A stretch of DNA of 64,000 nucleotides from Thermodesulfobacteriota bacterium. Lineage in GTDB: Bacteria; Desulfobacterota; Desulfobacteria; Desulfobacterales; C00003060. Location of the stretch: the NCBI GenBank assembly GCA_034189385.1, contig JAXHVD010000008.1:64001-128000 (forward strand), in the 5' to 3' direction. The notes beneath the pieces are model-generated. The model saw nothing but the letters and a program-made list of their open reading frames with translations. It was not told where the DNA came from and searched no databases. The position numbers and the translations under genes were made by a program. Shown here in pieces: positions 38,173 to 49,198 of this stretch (positions are counted from its first letter, which is position 1; every line of letters starts with the position of its first letter).

Positions 38173-38567
38173 GCTTGAGGCCTAAAGATGAACTAGAAGG
38201 AATTTGGGAAATAGCCCGCTAAGATCCATGTCCCTTTTTTAGATCGCCCGTGGTGCTCTTGTCAAGACGGCGAAAAGAAGGGCCTGCGGGTCCAAGCCTT
38301 GCGTGTCTCGCCTTGTCCCATGGGACCAGGCCTGATGGCACAGGAGCTGTCATGGGATCTCAATCTGCCTGGTGGCCCATGGTTGAGATGGCTCCGGTGC
38401 TGGCCAATTTGGGATGACTATCTGATGAGATTACGCTTTAGGATATGGGTCTTAGAATGATATGGTCGCCTCATTGAGACGGTTCCGGCAAGAAATGCTA
38501 TTGGCCTTCCCTGACGGTAGGTCTTGATCCACCCTCGCAGCACTGGGTACGGGCGGAAAAAACGAGC

Positions 38568-39653
38568 ATGAAAAGAACAGGCATTGCAGATAGCCCCCTT
38601 CACGGGGGCAAGGCCCCCAGATGGCTTTTTAAGCGCATGACCGCCTTGGCACGTCAGCTGGTCCTGGTGATGGTGGAGGAGTTTGGAAGCAGGGAGCTTC
38701 TATTGAGGCTTTCTGACCCCCACTGGTTTCAAGCCTTTGGCTCGGTGCTCGGTTTTGACTGGCACAGTAGCGGGCTTACGACAACGTCCTGCGGGGCCAT
38801 CAAGGAAGGGGTCAGGGGGCTGGAAAAAGACCTGGGGTTTTTCGTGACTGGCGGAAAAGGCAAAGCTGCCTTAAAGACACCGGAGAGTATCCTCGCTTTC
38901 GGTTCATCCCTTTCCACTGATCCCGAGTCCCTTGTCTATGCCAGCAGAATCTCCGCCAAGGTAGACAACGCCGGCCTTCAGGACGGATACAGGCTCTATC
39001 ATCACACCTTCTTCTTCACTTCTAATGGGAACTGGACGGTGGTGCAACAGGGGATGAACGAGACAAATAGATACGCCAGGCGGTATCACTGGCTGGGAGA
39101 AGCCGTCTCCAGCTTCACTTGTGAACCCCATGCGGCAATCTGCACGGGCAAAGTAAAAAAGGATGTCTTAAACATGGTGGCCCAGGAAGGCGAAGATGCC
39201 CGCAAGGCAAGCGCCCTTATTGGGCAGGAACACCCAGAGACCCTGGTCAAAGAGTTGAAGCGGATTCAAGCCTTAAAGCTTCCTGCCCGCCACGAGATCC
39301 TGGCCCAGGACCTCCATCCCGACCGACTCTATAAAGTATTCATTAAAACCTACGAGGCCCAGCCCAAGGATTTTGAGACGCTGATCGGCCTTCGGGGGGT
39401 GGGTCCAAAAGGAATCCGGGCCCTGGCCCTCTTGTCGGAGCTCATATACGGGGCCAGTGTGAGCTTCCGGGATCCTGCCCGGTTCAGCTTTGCCCACGGC
39501 GGCAAAGATGGGCACCCCTACCCAGTGGACAGGCAATCCTATGACCACTCCATTGAGATCCTAAGGCAAGCGGTTGAAGGGGCAAAGATCGGTGACCGGC
39601 AGAAGATGGACGCCATCAGGAAACTCAAGGGGATCCAAAGGCGCACAAGATAA
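38568..39653 (+). CDS. DUF763 domain protein
   Basis: PLHGG, FDWHSSG, AKVDN, VVQQGM, ARRYHW, GVGPK (HhH-like), FAHGGKDGHP. Confidence 0.85.
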   Translation: MKRTGIADSPLHGGKAPRWLFKRMTALARQLVLVMVEEFGSRELLLRLSDPHWFQAFGSVLGFDWHSSGLTTTSCGAIKEGVRGLEKDLGFFVTGGKGKAALKTPESILAFGSSLSTDPESLVYASRISAKVDNAGLQDGYRLYHHTFFFTSNGNWTVVQQGMNETNRYARRYHWLGEAVSSFTCEPHAAICTGKVKKDVLNMVAQEGEDARKASALIGQEHPETLVKELKRIQALKLPARHEILAQDLHPDRLYKVFIKTYEAQPKDFETLIGLRGVGPKGIRALALLSELIYGASVSFRDPARFSFAHGGKDGHPYPVDRQSYDHSIEILRQAVEGAKIGDRQKMDAIRKLKGIQRRTR

Positions 39654-39719
39654 ACCCTCTGCGTTTTTGCTGTGAATAAGCAGGGCTTGGTGCAGTCCTT
39701 GTGCAAGCAAAAAGGGGTT

Positions 39720-39819
39720 TTGAACCGAATAATCGAGCGCATTCTCCACAGGAGAGCTACCGCAGCCCCCGTGGCTTGACTTCGGCGAGCTCAGTCGAGT
39801 CGCCACGGGGAGGGTCCAA
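39720..39819 (+). mobile_element. TTGAACC palindromic element, copy 2, carrying a 24 bp nested hairpin insertion
   Basis: Matches 22064-22139 plus gacttcggcgagctcagtcgagtc at 39778-39801. Confidence 0.85.
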
Positions 39820-39856
39820 TCCGGCCAGGCGACAGGGTTTCCTGCCGTGGTTGAAC

Positions 39857-41443
39857 TCAGGCGTGTTCGCGGGTCTTGTGGAAGGCGATGTCCGGTGACT
39901 GCTCCATCACGTAGCCCAGTTCCCAGTTGCTGGGCGCAAGATAGGCGAGCTGCCCCTCCCCGTCATTGGCCAGGTTGGGGCGATTCTTCTTTTCAAAGGC
40001 TTCCAGCTTCTTTTTGTCGTCACAGGTGATCCAGCGGGCCGTGGTGTAGCTGATGGGCTCGTATTCGGCATCAACCCAGTATTCTGCCTTGAGACGGGCT
40101 ATGGTGACATCGAACTGCAATACCCCCACGGCCCCCAAGATATAGTCGTTTCCTCCCAAGGGCCGGAAGACCTGCACTGCCCCTTCTTCGGCCATCTGGG
40201 CCAATCCCTTTTGGAGCTGCTTTACCTTCAAGGGGTTCTTGAGTCGCACCCGTCGAAAGTGCTCAGGGGCGAAGTTGGGGATGCCGCTGAAACGGAGGCA
40301 CTCCTTGTCTGTAAAGGTATCGCCGATCTTGATCGTACCGTGGTTGTGGATACCGATGATGTCGCCGGCAAAGGCCTCGTTCACATGGGCACGATCCTGG
40401 GCCATGAAGATGATGGCATTATTCCACGTCACTTCCTTGCCGATGCGGTGATGGATCACCTTCATGCCCCTGGTGAATTTCCCTGAACAGATGCGGACAA
40501 AGGCGATGCGGTCGCGGTGGGCGGGATCCATGTTCGCCTGGATCTTAAAGGCAAAGGCGGAAAAGGGGGCCTCGTATGGCGAGACCTTCCTGGGAACGGC
40601 CGCCCTGGGGCCGGGAGGAGGAGCCATTTCTAAAAAGGCCTCCAGCAGCTCCTTCACGCCGAAATTGTTGACCGCACTTCCAAAGAAGACAGGTGTCTGA
40701 CTTCCCTGAAGGTAATGCTCAATGGAAAAGGGGTCGGCAGCCCCTTCGATGAGTGCGATATCCTCACGAAGCTCTTCAGCTTGGCTGCCCAGGAACTGAT
40801 CCAGCTTGGGATCGGAGAGGTCGGTGATGACAATGCCATTGTCATGTCTCCCGTCTTCGCCCGGGGTGAAGAGATGGAGTTCTTTTCGGTAGATATTGTA
40901 GACGCCTTTGAAACCTTTCCCCATGCCGATGGGCCAAGACAGAGGGGCACACTCCACCTGGAGCTTGTCCTCAATCTCTGAGAGGACGTCTAGGGGGGGC
41001 ATGCCTTCGCGGTCCAGTTTGTTGATGAAGGTGATGATGGGGGTGTTGCGCATCCTGCAAACCTCCATGAGCTTTTCGGTCTGGGGTTCCACCCCCTTGG
41101 CGCTGTCTATGACCATGAGTGCACTGTCTACGGCCGTGAGGACCCGGTAGGTATCCTCAGAAAAATCCTGGTGGCCCGGGGTATCTAGCAGGTTGATCTC
41201 ATAGTCCTGGTAGTTAAACTTCATGACCGACGTCGTCACAGAGATACCCCGTTCCTTTTCTATGGACATCCAGTCGCTGGTGGCATGCCGCGCCGCCTTC
41301 CGGGCCTTTACGGCCCCTGCCAACTGAATGGCCCCTCCAAATAGAAGGAGTTTCTCGGTGAGTGTGGTTTTACCGGCATCTGGATGGCTGATGATACCGA
41401 AGGTCCGGCGTCTTTGTATCTCTTTTTCGTATGCCTTTGTCAT
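39857..41443 (-). CDS. prfC: Peptide chain release factor 3
   Basis: [38 protein letters not shown]. Confidence 0.97.
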   Translation of the reverse strand: MTKAYEKEIQRRRTFGIISHPDAGKTTLTEKLLLFGGAIQLAGAVKARKAARHATSDWMSIEKERGISVTTSVMKFNYQDYEINLLDTPGHQDFSEDTYRVLTAVDSALMVIDSAKGVEPQTEKLMEVCRMRNTPIITFINKLDREGMPPLDVLSEIEDKLQVECAPLSWPIGMGKGFKGVYNIYRKELHLFTPGEDGRHDNGIVITDLSDPKLDQFLGSQAEELREDIALIEGAADPFSIEHYLQGSQTPVFFGSAVNNFGVKELLEAFLEMAPPPGPRAAVPRKVSPYEAPFSAFAFKIQANMDPAHRDRIAFVRICSGKFTRGMKVIHHRIGKEVTWNNAIIFMAQDRAHVNEAFAGDIIGIHNHGTIKIGDTFTDKECLRFSGIPNFAPEHFRRVRLKNPLKVKQLQKGLAQMAEEGAVQVFRPLGGNDYILGAVGVLQFDVTIARLKAEYWVDAEYEPISYTTARWITCDDKKKLEAFEKKNRPNLANDGEGQLAYLAPSNWELGYVMEQSPDIAFHKTREHA

Positions 41444-41585
41444 GGTCTCTTTTCTCACTTGATGATGTCGTAAAAAGCTCTCTTTCTTCTCAAATTCCGC
41501 AGGGACACACGGTCTGGGGGCCGCACTCCTTACGTTTCACGTTTTTACTACCTGGGAGAGATGATTTAGGTGTCAAAGGGAATGG

Positions 41586-43103
41586 TCAAGTGTAGTAACC
41601 TAAAATAGCTTGGCAGAGGCCGGGGATGGTGTATTCCGTGGCTTCCATGTCTACATTGAATCCAAGTTCTCTTGCCGTATCCGATGTAATAGGGCCGATG
41701 CTTGCTGTTTTGATATCCCCGATAAGGGGCTCAAACCGCTCAGGAGGTAGGCACGCCTTGAAGTTGCGAACCGTTGAAGAGCTGGTAAAGGTGACAATAT
41801 CGACAGCTCCTTTTTCCAAAAGGCCAACGAGTTCATCTACATTATCGCAGACCTCCTCGGTCTGGTACGCAGGGATTTCATCCACTGTGGCTCCCATTTT
41901 ACGAACTTCTATGGGCAGAATAGGTCGGGCCTCCTTGGCGCGGGGAAGGAGCACCCTTTTGCCCTCCATCTCTTTGTCCTTAAAGGCCTCTATAATGGAC
42001 TCTGCCCGAAAGGTCTTGGGCACAACGTCACTGTTGAGGCCAAAATCCCGCAGCCGCCTTGCCGTGGCAGGGCCGATGGTGGCCGTGCGGATATCTTTGA
42101 GGGCCCGCACGTCTTGGCCGCTTTTATAGAGGCGATCAAAGAAAAAAGAGACCCCGTTTACGCTGGTAAGAACGAGCCAGTCGTAGGTGTCAAGGCGACC
42201 GATGGCGCTGTCTAATGGGGCCCAGTCTTGTGGAGGTACCACGCGGATAGTGGGAAATTCCAGGCACTCTGCTCCCAGGGCCGAGAGGTGCGACACCAAA
42301 TCACTGGCCTGTTCGCGGGTCCTGGTCACAACCACGGTCTTGCCAAAGAGAGGTTTCTTTTCAAACCAGTTCAAGGTGTCCCTAAGCCTTACGACGTCGC
42401 CTACCACGATGGCCACAGGCGGTGTAAGGTTGGCGGCCTGGGCCTTTGCTACAATGGTTTCAAGGGTCCCGACTATTGTGGTCTGCTTGGGTGTGGTGCC
42501 CCACCTTACCAGGGCCACGGGAGTTTCGGGGGGGCGGCCAGCTGCGATCAGTTTTTCTGCAATCTTTGGAAGGTTTTTCATGCCCATCAAGATGACAAGG
42601 GTACCCACACCTGTAGCGAGCTTGGACCAGTCCACTGTAGAATGGGGCTTTGTGGGGTCTTCATGGCCGGTAACAATCCCCACGCTAGCCGTGTACCTGC
42701 GATCCGTAAGAGGGATGCCTGCATAGGAGGGTGCAGCAATGGCCGACGTAATACCAGGGACAATCTCAAAAGGGACACCTGCCTTTGCCAGGGCTTCTGC
42801 CTCTTCGCCGCCTCTACCGAAGATGAAGGGGTGGCCGCCTTTAAGACGAACCACAGTATGGCCCTCCATTGCCTTTTGAACAAGAAGCTTGTTCATCTGG
42901 TCTTGAGGCAGGGTGTGGGCCCCTTGCTCCTTTCCCACATACAGGGTCTCGGCATCTTCTCTTGCATGTTTCAAGAGCTTGGATGAGGCCAGGTGGTCAT
43001 ATATGATGACATCGGCCTTTTTGAGGCACTCCATCCCCTTGACGGTAATAAGATCTGGATCGCCTGGCCCCGCACCGACGAGATAGGCTTTGCCCTCCTT
43101 CAC
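41586..43103 (-). CDS. cobA-hemD: Uroporphyrinogen-III C-methyltransferase / uroporphyrinogen-III synthase fusion
   Basis: GAGPGDP, RLKGG-PF, GITS; HemD half VTRT, TSVNGV, FTSSSTV. Confidence 0.95.
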   Translation of the reverse strand: MKEGKAYLVGAGPGDPDLITVKGMECLKKADVIIYDHLASSKLLKHAREDAETLYVGKEQGAHTLPQDQMNKLLVQKAMEGHTVVRLKGGHPFIFGRGGEEAEALAKAGVPFEIVPGITSAIAAPSYAGIPLTDRRYTASVGIVTGHEDPTKPHSTVDWSKLATGVGTLVILMGMKNLPKIAEKLIAAGRPPETPVALVRWGTTPKQTTIVGTLETIVAKAQAANLTPPVAIVVGDVVRLRDTLNWFEKKPLFGKTVVVTRTREQASDLVSHLSALGAECLEFPTIRVVPPQDWAPLDSAIGRLDTYDWLVLTSVNGVSFFFDRLYKSGQDVRALKDIRTATIGPATARRLRDFGLNSDVVPKTFRAESIIEAFKDKEMEGKRVLLPRAKEARPILPIEVRKMGATVDEIPAYQTEEVCDNVDELVGLLEKGAVDIVTFTSSSTVRNFKACLPPERFEPLIGDIKTASIGPITSDTARELGFNVDMEATEYTIPGLCQAILGYYT

Positions 43104-44041
43104 GTTTTCAAGTCCTTCACCGCTCGGCCCAAGATACTTCTTAAGATCTCTGCCCCTCCTTTTTCAAGAAGCATGTTGGCTAATTCTACCCCAAGCTCTT
43201 CATGTTTTCGCACCGGACCGGTGATCTCATCGCGGAGAAGAACGGTGCCGTCCACCTCGGCCACCAGTCCTGTCAAAAAGATGCGGTCTCCGTCTACATT
43301 GGCCTTGGCGGCAATGGGGACCTGGCAACCACCCTCAAGGCGCCCCAGAAAAGCCCGTTCGCTTTCCACTGCCAGGCGCGTTTCCCGATGATCTATGGCA
43401 GAGACCAGCTGCAGGGAGTCTTTGTCTTCTCGCGTTTCAATGGATAGGGCCCCTTGTCCGATGGCAGGAAGCATGGTGGATTCAGGGATATACTCTGTAA
43501 TGTGGGCCTCCAAGCCCAGCCTTCTCACGCCAGCGGCTGCTACAATAATGGCATCTAAAGACCCTGTCTTCAGTTTTCGTATGCGGGTGTCAAGGTTCCC
43601 TCTTAAGGGGTGGATCTTGATGTCCGGTCTTTGATGTCGAACCTGGGCACCACGTCTGAGGCTGCTGCTGCCAACCTGGGCGCCCTTTGGAAGGTCGTTG
43701 AAGCAATGGCCGTTTCTGGAGATCAGCACATCTGACGGATTTTCCCGTTTTGGAATGGCTCCTATACAAAGGCCTGGCGGGATCTCAGCAGGCATATCCT
43801 TCATGCTGTGGACTGCCAAGTCCACTCTTCCTTCCAGCAGGGCCGTTTCAATCTCCTTGACAAAGAGCCCCTTTCCACCTACCTGGGCCAGGGGCACATC
43901 TGTGATCTTGTCTCCCGTGGTCTTTATCCTGACCACTTCGACTTCCTGTTCAGGGTAAAGGGCAAGGAGTTGGGATCGGACCCATTCGGCCTGCCAAACC
44001 GCAAGAGCACTTCCCCGTGTGCCGATCCTAATGACACCCAT
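43100..44041 (-). CDS. hemC: Hydroxymethylbilane synthase
   Basis: GTRGSALA, GKGLFVKE, VHSMKD, SSLRR, RGNLDTR, GGCQVP. Confidence 0.97.
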   Translation of the reverse strand: MGVIRIGTRGSALAVWQAEWVRSQLLALYPEQEVEVVRIKTTGDKITDVPLAQVGGKGLFVKEIETALLEGRVDLAVHSMKDMPAEIPPGLCIGAIPKRENPSDVLISRNGHCFNDLPKGAQVGSSSLRRGAQVRHQRPDIKIHPLRGNLDTRIRKLKTGSLDAIIVAAAGVRRLGLEAHITEYIPESTMLPAIGQGALSIETREDKDSLQLVSAIDHRETRLAVESERAFLGRLEGGCQVPIAAKANVDGDRIFLTGLVAEVDGTVLLRDEITGPVRKHEELGVELANMLLEKGGAEILRSILGRAVKDLKT

Positions 44042-44043
44042 GG

Positions 44044-44283
44044 TTAGTGTCCGCAGGTCTTGCAGCTTGTGGCGCTACAAGATGCACAAGCTGACCCCTT
44101 TGAACTGGAAAACCCGCTTTCCCCTGAGCCGGAGGAGGCACCTGCGGTCTTGAAGCTGCAACATGAAAGGAGTTTTTCCACCTTCTTGCCGTTGCAATGG
44201 GGACACTCGACCTTCTGGCTTCCCAGGACCAGGGCCTCAAAATCTTTGTCGCACTTGGTGCAGTGGTACTCAAAGATGGGCAT
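44044..44283 (-). CDS. FmdB family zinc-ribbon protein
   Basis: MPIFEYHCTKC, CPHC, C-terminal CASC/CKTC. Confidence 0.88.
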   Translation of the reverse strand: MPIFEYHCTKCDKDFEALVLGSQKVECPHCNGKKVEKLLSCCSFKTAGASSGSGESGFSSSKGSACASCSATSCKTCGH

Positions 44284-44528
44284 ATATGGTCTCCTCGTTG
44301 ATATGGTCGCTGAAAGTAGTGATGCAAAGCCCTAACTACTTGTCAATGTTGACAACCTTGAGCAAAGAAAACCGCCTCCCTCCGGCCTCCAATCCTTACC
44401 AACAGCACGCCCTCATGATTGGCGGAAAGCGCCTGAAGCCGACGTTCAGCGGTCTTTACCCCGTGAACTTTTAATACTTAACAATAGAATATAAGACGAT
44501 CTTTCCCATTTGTCCAGCCCCACCTTTG

Positions 44529-45485
44529 TCAGCAGACACACTCAATTTCTTCAAGGACCGCTGCGGCCAGTAGGGGAAACATGATCTCATGATGGCCGAT
44601 GAGGCTGTAACCTCTTCCACCCCTGCTCGTGGGGCGGTGGACGACATTGGTCGTGGGCCGATAGTGCCGGATAAAATCCATGTTGACGGCGGTAAATCGG
44701 TCTACCTTGCTCCCCCTGTTGCGAACCAAGGTAAGGGCCTTTAAGAAGACTTCAGGCAGCACCACTGCTGAGCCGACGTTCATGTAAACGCCCTCCTCCA
44801 GTGCAGCGACTACAGAGGCAAAGAGCCTGAAATCCAGATGGGTCGCCTTGCCCGTGGCCTCAGGGTCGAATCCTGGATGGATGTGAATAATGTCGGTTCC
44901 CACGGCTACATGGACAGTGGCAGGGATCTCGTACCGTGCGGCTGTGGCAAGGATACTCTCCTGGCCAAAGGGCAAATCTTCTTCAATGATGGCCCGTCCC
45001 ACGGCCTCACCAAGGCCCAATCCTCTATCAGCGGCTGTTCCAATGGCGCGGTTCAAAAAATGTGCAGTCTCCTCTGCCATGCCAAAAGCACCCCTGTCCA
45101 AGCCTTCCATGACGTCTTCCGAGGTCCTCCCAATCATGGCCACCTCAAGGTCATGTATGATGCCTGCCCCGTTCATGGCAATGGCGGTGATCACGCCACG
45201 GCCCATCAAATCCACCACCACAGGGTTCAGGCCCACCTTGATGACGTGAGCACCCATGGCCATGACGACGACTTTGCCCCCGTTATGGGCCTCTGCAATA
45301 GCCGAGACGATCTCCTTAAAATCCTTGGCTGCCAGAATATCGGGCAGGCCCCCCAAAAAATCTCTAAACGTTCCTTCCCCTTTCCAGGGGCGGCCGAAAT
45401 GGGCGCGATCCACCTTGCTTTTTCGCGATGCCAGGGGATAGGTCTTTAGAGGTGCCTGATCTATAGGTTTGAACCGTTTTTCCAT
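44529..45485 (-). CDS. Conserved uncharacterised protein, deoxyhypusine-synthase-like fold
   Basis: MGAHVIKVG, NGAGIIHD, VHVAVGTDIIH, GSAVVLPEVFLK, GHHEIM. Confidence 0.65.
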   Translation of the reverse strand: MEKRFKPIDQAPLKTYPLASRKSKVDRAHFGRPWKGEGTFRDFLGGLPDILAAKDFKEIVSAIAEAHNGGKVVVMAMGAHVIKVGLNPVVVDLMGRGVITAIAMNGAGIIHDLEVAMIGRTSEDVMEGLDRGAFGMAEETAHFLNRAIGTAADRGLGLGEAVGRAIIEEDLPFGQESILATAARYEIPATVHVAVGTDIIHIHPGFDPEATGKATHLDFRLFASVVAALEEGVYMNVGSAVVLPEVFLKALTLVRNRGSKVDRFTAVNMDFIRHYRPTTNVVHRPTSRGGRGYSLIGHHEIMFPLLAAAVLEEIECVC

Positions 45486-45493
45486 CTGCTTCT

Positions 45494-46084
45494 TTATGAC
45501 CCCCCCATAAAGCTCTCTGGGAAGAGGATTCGTTCGACAAGCTCACATAAAAGGTGCTCTGCCGCAAGGTGAACTTCCTGAATACGGGGAGTGGCCTGGG
45601 AATCCACAATCAAACAGAGGTCACATCTCTGGACCAGTTCACCGCCCCCGCATCCTGTCAAACCTATGGTGCAAAGGCCCATCTCCCGGGCCGTTTCCAT
45701 GGCCACAAGGACGTTTTTGGAGCCCCCGCTCGTACTGATGCCAAAGGCAATATCATCTCTTTTGCCGAGGGCCTTGATCTGCTTGGAAAAGACCTCGTCA
45801 AAGGAATAATCATTGGAGATACTGGTCAAGACAGAGGTGTCTGTAGACAGCGCCAGGGCGGGCAGGGGCCTGCGTTCCACGGCAAAACGGTTTACGAATT
45901 CTGCCGCAATGTGTTGGGCATCAGCGGCACTTCCACCGTTACCAAAGATCAGAAGCTTGTGGCCAGAAGCAAAACAGGTTGCCACCCTTTGGGCTGCCTT
46001 AAGAAGCCCCTCCGTATTTTCTTTGACAAAGCGTTCCGTCACGCGGACGTTTTCTTCCAATGCCTTCAGGATGATCTCTTTCAT
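45494..46084 (-). CDS. gmhA: D-sedoheptulose 7-phosphate isomerase
   Basis: GNGGSAADAQH, SND, STSG, RIQEVH. Confidence 0.95.
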   Translation of the reverse strand: MKEIILKALEENVRVTERFVKENTEGLLKAAQRVATCFASGHKLLIFGNGGSAADAQHIAAEFVNRFAVERRPLPALALSTDTSVLTSISNDYSFDEVFSKQIKALGKRDDIAFGISTSGGSKNVLVAMETAREMGLCTIGLTGCGGGELVQRCDLCLIVDSQATPRIQEVHLAAEHLLCELVERILFPESFMGGS

Positions 46085-46281
46085 GGGAAATTCCCAGTCA
46101 AAAAAAGTGCGTTGACAGAAATTCGAGTGGCCTAGATTACAGTGCCTGCCCCGGACCCTGATCCGGGGTTCACCGCAGTGACGACTTCTTACGATGATAT
46201 CGTACTCATTTCATCTCTAAGGCCTAGTCTTCATGAAACAATGGTTCAGTACCCAGACAAAGGGCCCGCCGTGGTCACCAA

Positions 46282-47529
46282 CTACCTGGCCTCACCCACT
46301 GCGCTTTCCGCTTCCAGAAGGAGTTCGGTGCAATCCTCTCCCATCTTTAGTGCCATCTTGAGCTCCTTTGCTGCCTTTTTGTGGTCTTGGTTTTGCAAAT
46401 AGAGCTTTCCAAGTCGGTACCGATACAGGCCGTTGTTCGGCTCGAGGGCGGTGCTCTCTTTGGCCAGGACAATGGCAATTTCGATGTTTTCGCCTAGGGT
46501 ACCGTACAGATGTCCCAGGGCACTCAGGCTTTTTGCATCTGCGGGATTTGCCTTGACAGCCTTTTCGTAGGCCTTGGTTGCCTCATGGAGCATCTCACGC
46601 TCCAGGTAACAATCTGCCAGTACCCGAAATACGTGCCCCCCTTTCTGGGTATTTCGAGCAGCCTTCTCCAGATATTCAAGGGCGGCCTCAGCCTCACCCT
46701 TGTCCCGATAATACATGCCGATTTGGCAGCAAACCTCGGGGTTGTTGCCATCAAGGCGGTGGGCTTCGAGGAAAAGTTCCAAGGCCTTTTCCTCGTCGCC
46801 TTGCCTGAGGTGAGCAAGGCCAAGATTATAGGTGGCCATCACATCCTTTGGCTCCAGGTGTATGGCTGCTTCAAAGGCCTCAACGGCAAGGTCCAGTTTG
46901 CCCTGAACACCGTAACACACGCCCAGGCTGTTAAAAACATTCACATTTTGAGGGTCTACGGCAAGGGCCTTTTTGAATTCATCAATGGCCCCGTCAATGT
47001 CTCCATATTGATAGAGCTTGTCAGCGCTGATATTCAGGCTCACAGCATCAAATGTCGTAATCGTGCCAGGCCCAAAAAAGGAGGCGTGATCTAGGGCCTT
47101 TTGAGCATTTGCCAGGATGGCCGCCTTTTCAAAGGGCCAGAAAGGATAGACTGCTATGCCGATGGAGACGGTCTGTTTGCCAGAAGGCGTAAAGCTGTTT
47201 TGGATCTTTTTCGCCAACTCCACGGCGGCCCCTTCGTCCATGTCCGGACAGAAGCAGACAAACTGATCGTCATCCATCCGGCCCCATTCCATGGGGTGGG
47301 TCTTTCTCAGGCCCTCTATAACCCCCGCCAGACTGACCGCTATGCCTGAAGCCGTGCCTTCTCCGATGCCGTCTAGAAGCTTATCAAAATCGTCAATACG
47401 GTTCACCAGGACAGCAAATCTATCGCTCTTTTCAGCATAGGACTCAAAAAGATCCCGGACCTGTTTACCTGCCGGCATCTCGGCAAAGACCTCTTTCAAA
47501 ATGCTTCCTCCCACAAAAGGCCGTTCCAT
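46282..47529 (-). CDS. Degenerate GGDEF domain + TPR repeat protein
   Basis: RIDDF, GRMDDDQF in place of GG(D/E)EF, TVSIGIA; several TPR motifs; start estimated. Confidence 0.8.
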   Translation of the reverse strand: MERPFVGGSILKEVFAEMPAGKQVRDLFESYAEKSDRFAVLVNRIDDFDKLLDGIGEGTASGIAVSLAGVIEGLRKTHPMEWGRMDDDQFVCFCPDMDEGAAVELAKKIQNSFTPSGKQTVSIGIAVYPFWPFEKAAILANAQKALDHASFFGPGTITTFDAVSLNISADKLYQYGDIDGAIDEFKKALAVDPQNVNVFNSLGVCYGVQGKLDLAVEAFEAAIHLEPKDVMATYNLGLAHLRQGDEEKALELFLEAHRLDGNNPEVCCQIGMYYRDKGEAEAALEYLEKAARNTQKGGHVFRVLADCYLEREMLHEATKAYEKAVKANPADAKSLSALGHLYGTLGENIEIAIVLAKESTALEPNNGLYRYRLGKLYLQNQDHKKAAKELKMALKMGEDCTELLLEAESAVGEAR

Positions 47530-47531
47530 CT

Positions 47532-48947
47532 TTACTGCTCCGAAAGGATTTTTTTCAAGATGGAGGAAATGATGGGAATCTCTTCGTCTTGAATGGTCCG
47601 CGCGTCCATGACAAAGAGATCGTCTTCGATCCGTCCAACAACGGGTGGATTTGTGTGGCGCAGGGCAAGGTCCAGACGATTGGCTGCCATACCCTCTATC
47701 TTTATGCCCACGCATTTGGTGGGGAGTTCCTGAAGGGGCAGGGCCCCTCCACCCACACGGGAGGAACTCGTCACAATTGTGGCCTCCAGGCGGTGGTCCC
47801 CAAGCTTCTTCAGTCTGTTTTTCAGCCGTCTGGCCTTGGACGAGATGAGCTTGGTCGGCATGGTCAGCATCTGTAGGGTGGGGATGGTAGATACTGCCTT
47901 GGCCTCATCTCGATAGAGGTGCAATGTGGCTTCAAGGGCCGCAAGGGTCATCTTGTCTATCCTGAGGGCCCTGTTAATCGGGTTTTTCTTGATGCCCTGG
48001 ACGGCCTCTTCTTTACCCACAATGATCCCTGCCTGGGGCCCCCCCAGCATCTTGTCCCCGCTGAAAGTGATCACATCAGCGCCAGATGCCACGGTTTCCT
48101 GGACCGTGGGCTCCCTGAGAAGGCCGTATTTTGAAAAGTCGATAAAATTGCCACTGCCAAGGTCCTTCATCACAGGGAGGTGGTACTTGGCCCCGAGGAC
48201 GACCAGATCCTTTAGGGAAACATCGGCTGTAAAGCCTACCATGCTGTAGTTACTCGTATGGACCTTTAGGAGCAAGGCCGTGTCGTCCCCAATGGCCCCC
48301 TCATAGTCTGGCAGATGGGTTCGGTTGGTTGTTCCAACCTCCTTCAGTTTGGCACCGCTTCGGGCCATGACGTCCGGTATGCGGAAGGCCCCCCCAATTT
48401 CTACCAGCTCACCTCTTGAGACAATCACCTCTTTGCCCTTTGCCAGGGTCTCAAGAGACAAGAAGACCGCTCCTGCATTATTATTTACCACCATGGCGGC
48501 TTCAGCGCCGCTCAACTCACACAAGATCTCTTCAACGTTGCTATACCGAGATCCCCTTGTCCCCTTGTCAAGGTCGAACTCAAGGTTTGAATAGAGACTC
48601 GATATCTCGGCCACATGCCTTGCCACTGTTTCTGGTAAAAGGGATCGGCCTAGGTTGGTGTGAACCACCACTCCCGTAGCATTGATGACGCGTTTTAATT
48701 TAAAGCCCATGGTTTTGTTTACCAGCTGTTCCGTGAGGCGCAAGAGCTCGCTGTCGGAAAAGACCATTTCGTCCATGGGGTCACCTGGACCAAGAATGGC
48801 GGTGCGCAGTTGTCCCAAGGCGCTTCTTATAGCGTCCACCAACACAGTCCGGGGTATCTGGTCTACAGGAGGCCTCTCCTCCCATAGCTCAAGCACGTGA
48901 TCCACACCAGGAAGCTTGCGCAACAGAGCCTGCTGTTCTGGGTTCAA
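47532..48947 (-). CDS. selA: L-seryl-tRNA(Sec) selenium transferase
   Basis: INATGVVVHTNLGR, NNNA, SRGELVEIGG, DLGSG, FSGDKMLGGPQ. Confidence 0.97.
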   Translation of the reverse strand: MNPEQQALLRKLPGVDHVLELWEERPPVDQIPRTVLVDAIRSALGQLRTAILGPGDPMDEMVFSDSELLRLTEQLVNKTMGFKLKRVINATGVVVHTNLGRSLLPETVARHVAEISSLYSNLEFDLDKGTRGSRYSNVEEILCELSGAEAAMVVNNNAGAVFLSLETLAKGKEVIVSRGELVEIGGAFRIPDVMARSGAKLKEVGTTNRTHLPDYEGAIGDDTALLLKVHTSNYSMVGFTADVSLKDLVVLGAKYHLPVMKDLGSGNFIDFSKYGLLREPTVQETVASGADVITFSGDKMLGGPQAGIIVGKEEAVQGIKKNPINRALRIDKMTLAALEATLHLYRDEAKAVSTIPTLQMLTMPTKLISSKARRLKNRLKKLGDHRLEATIVTSSSRVGGGALPLQELPTKCVGIKIEGMAANRLDLALRHTNPPVVGRIEDDLFVMDARTIQDEEIPIISSILKKILSEQ

Positions 48948-49198
48948 CTTTTTCCTCCTTCAGAAAAGAGTCTAAGAGTCTTTGTTTTCTCCATTTATAC
49001 CACATTTGAGCCAAACTTGCCATGTAAAAGGCCCGGGCGCTAACCGGGGCCGGGTTTGGCGATATGCTTTGGGTTGTGGTAATGACTGGGGCTGGCAGGC
49101 AGGAAAAGGAGGCGACACATTGGTTGGGTTGCCATTCCCATGGAGGCATTTGCATATGTGGAGCCCGAGGCTGAGATAGGAAGAGGCTACAGTAGAAA

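Noticed and set aside
46144..46182. Hairpin ccccggaccctgatccgggg before gmhA
   Set aside because: Probably a REP-like remnant, but it is a single copy here and cannot be classified.
49159..49185. GGAGCCCGAGGCTGAGA, resembling the 5' part of a TPP riboswitch before the SSS gene
   Set aside because: The downstream CCTGA...AATACCAGCGTAGGGA half is absent, and there is no room for it before the start codon.
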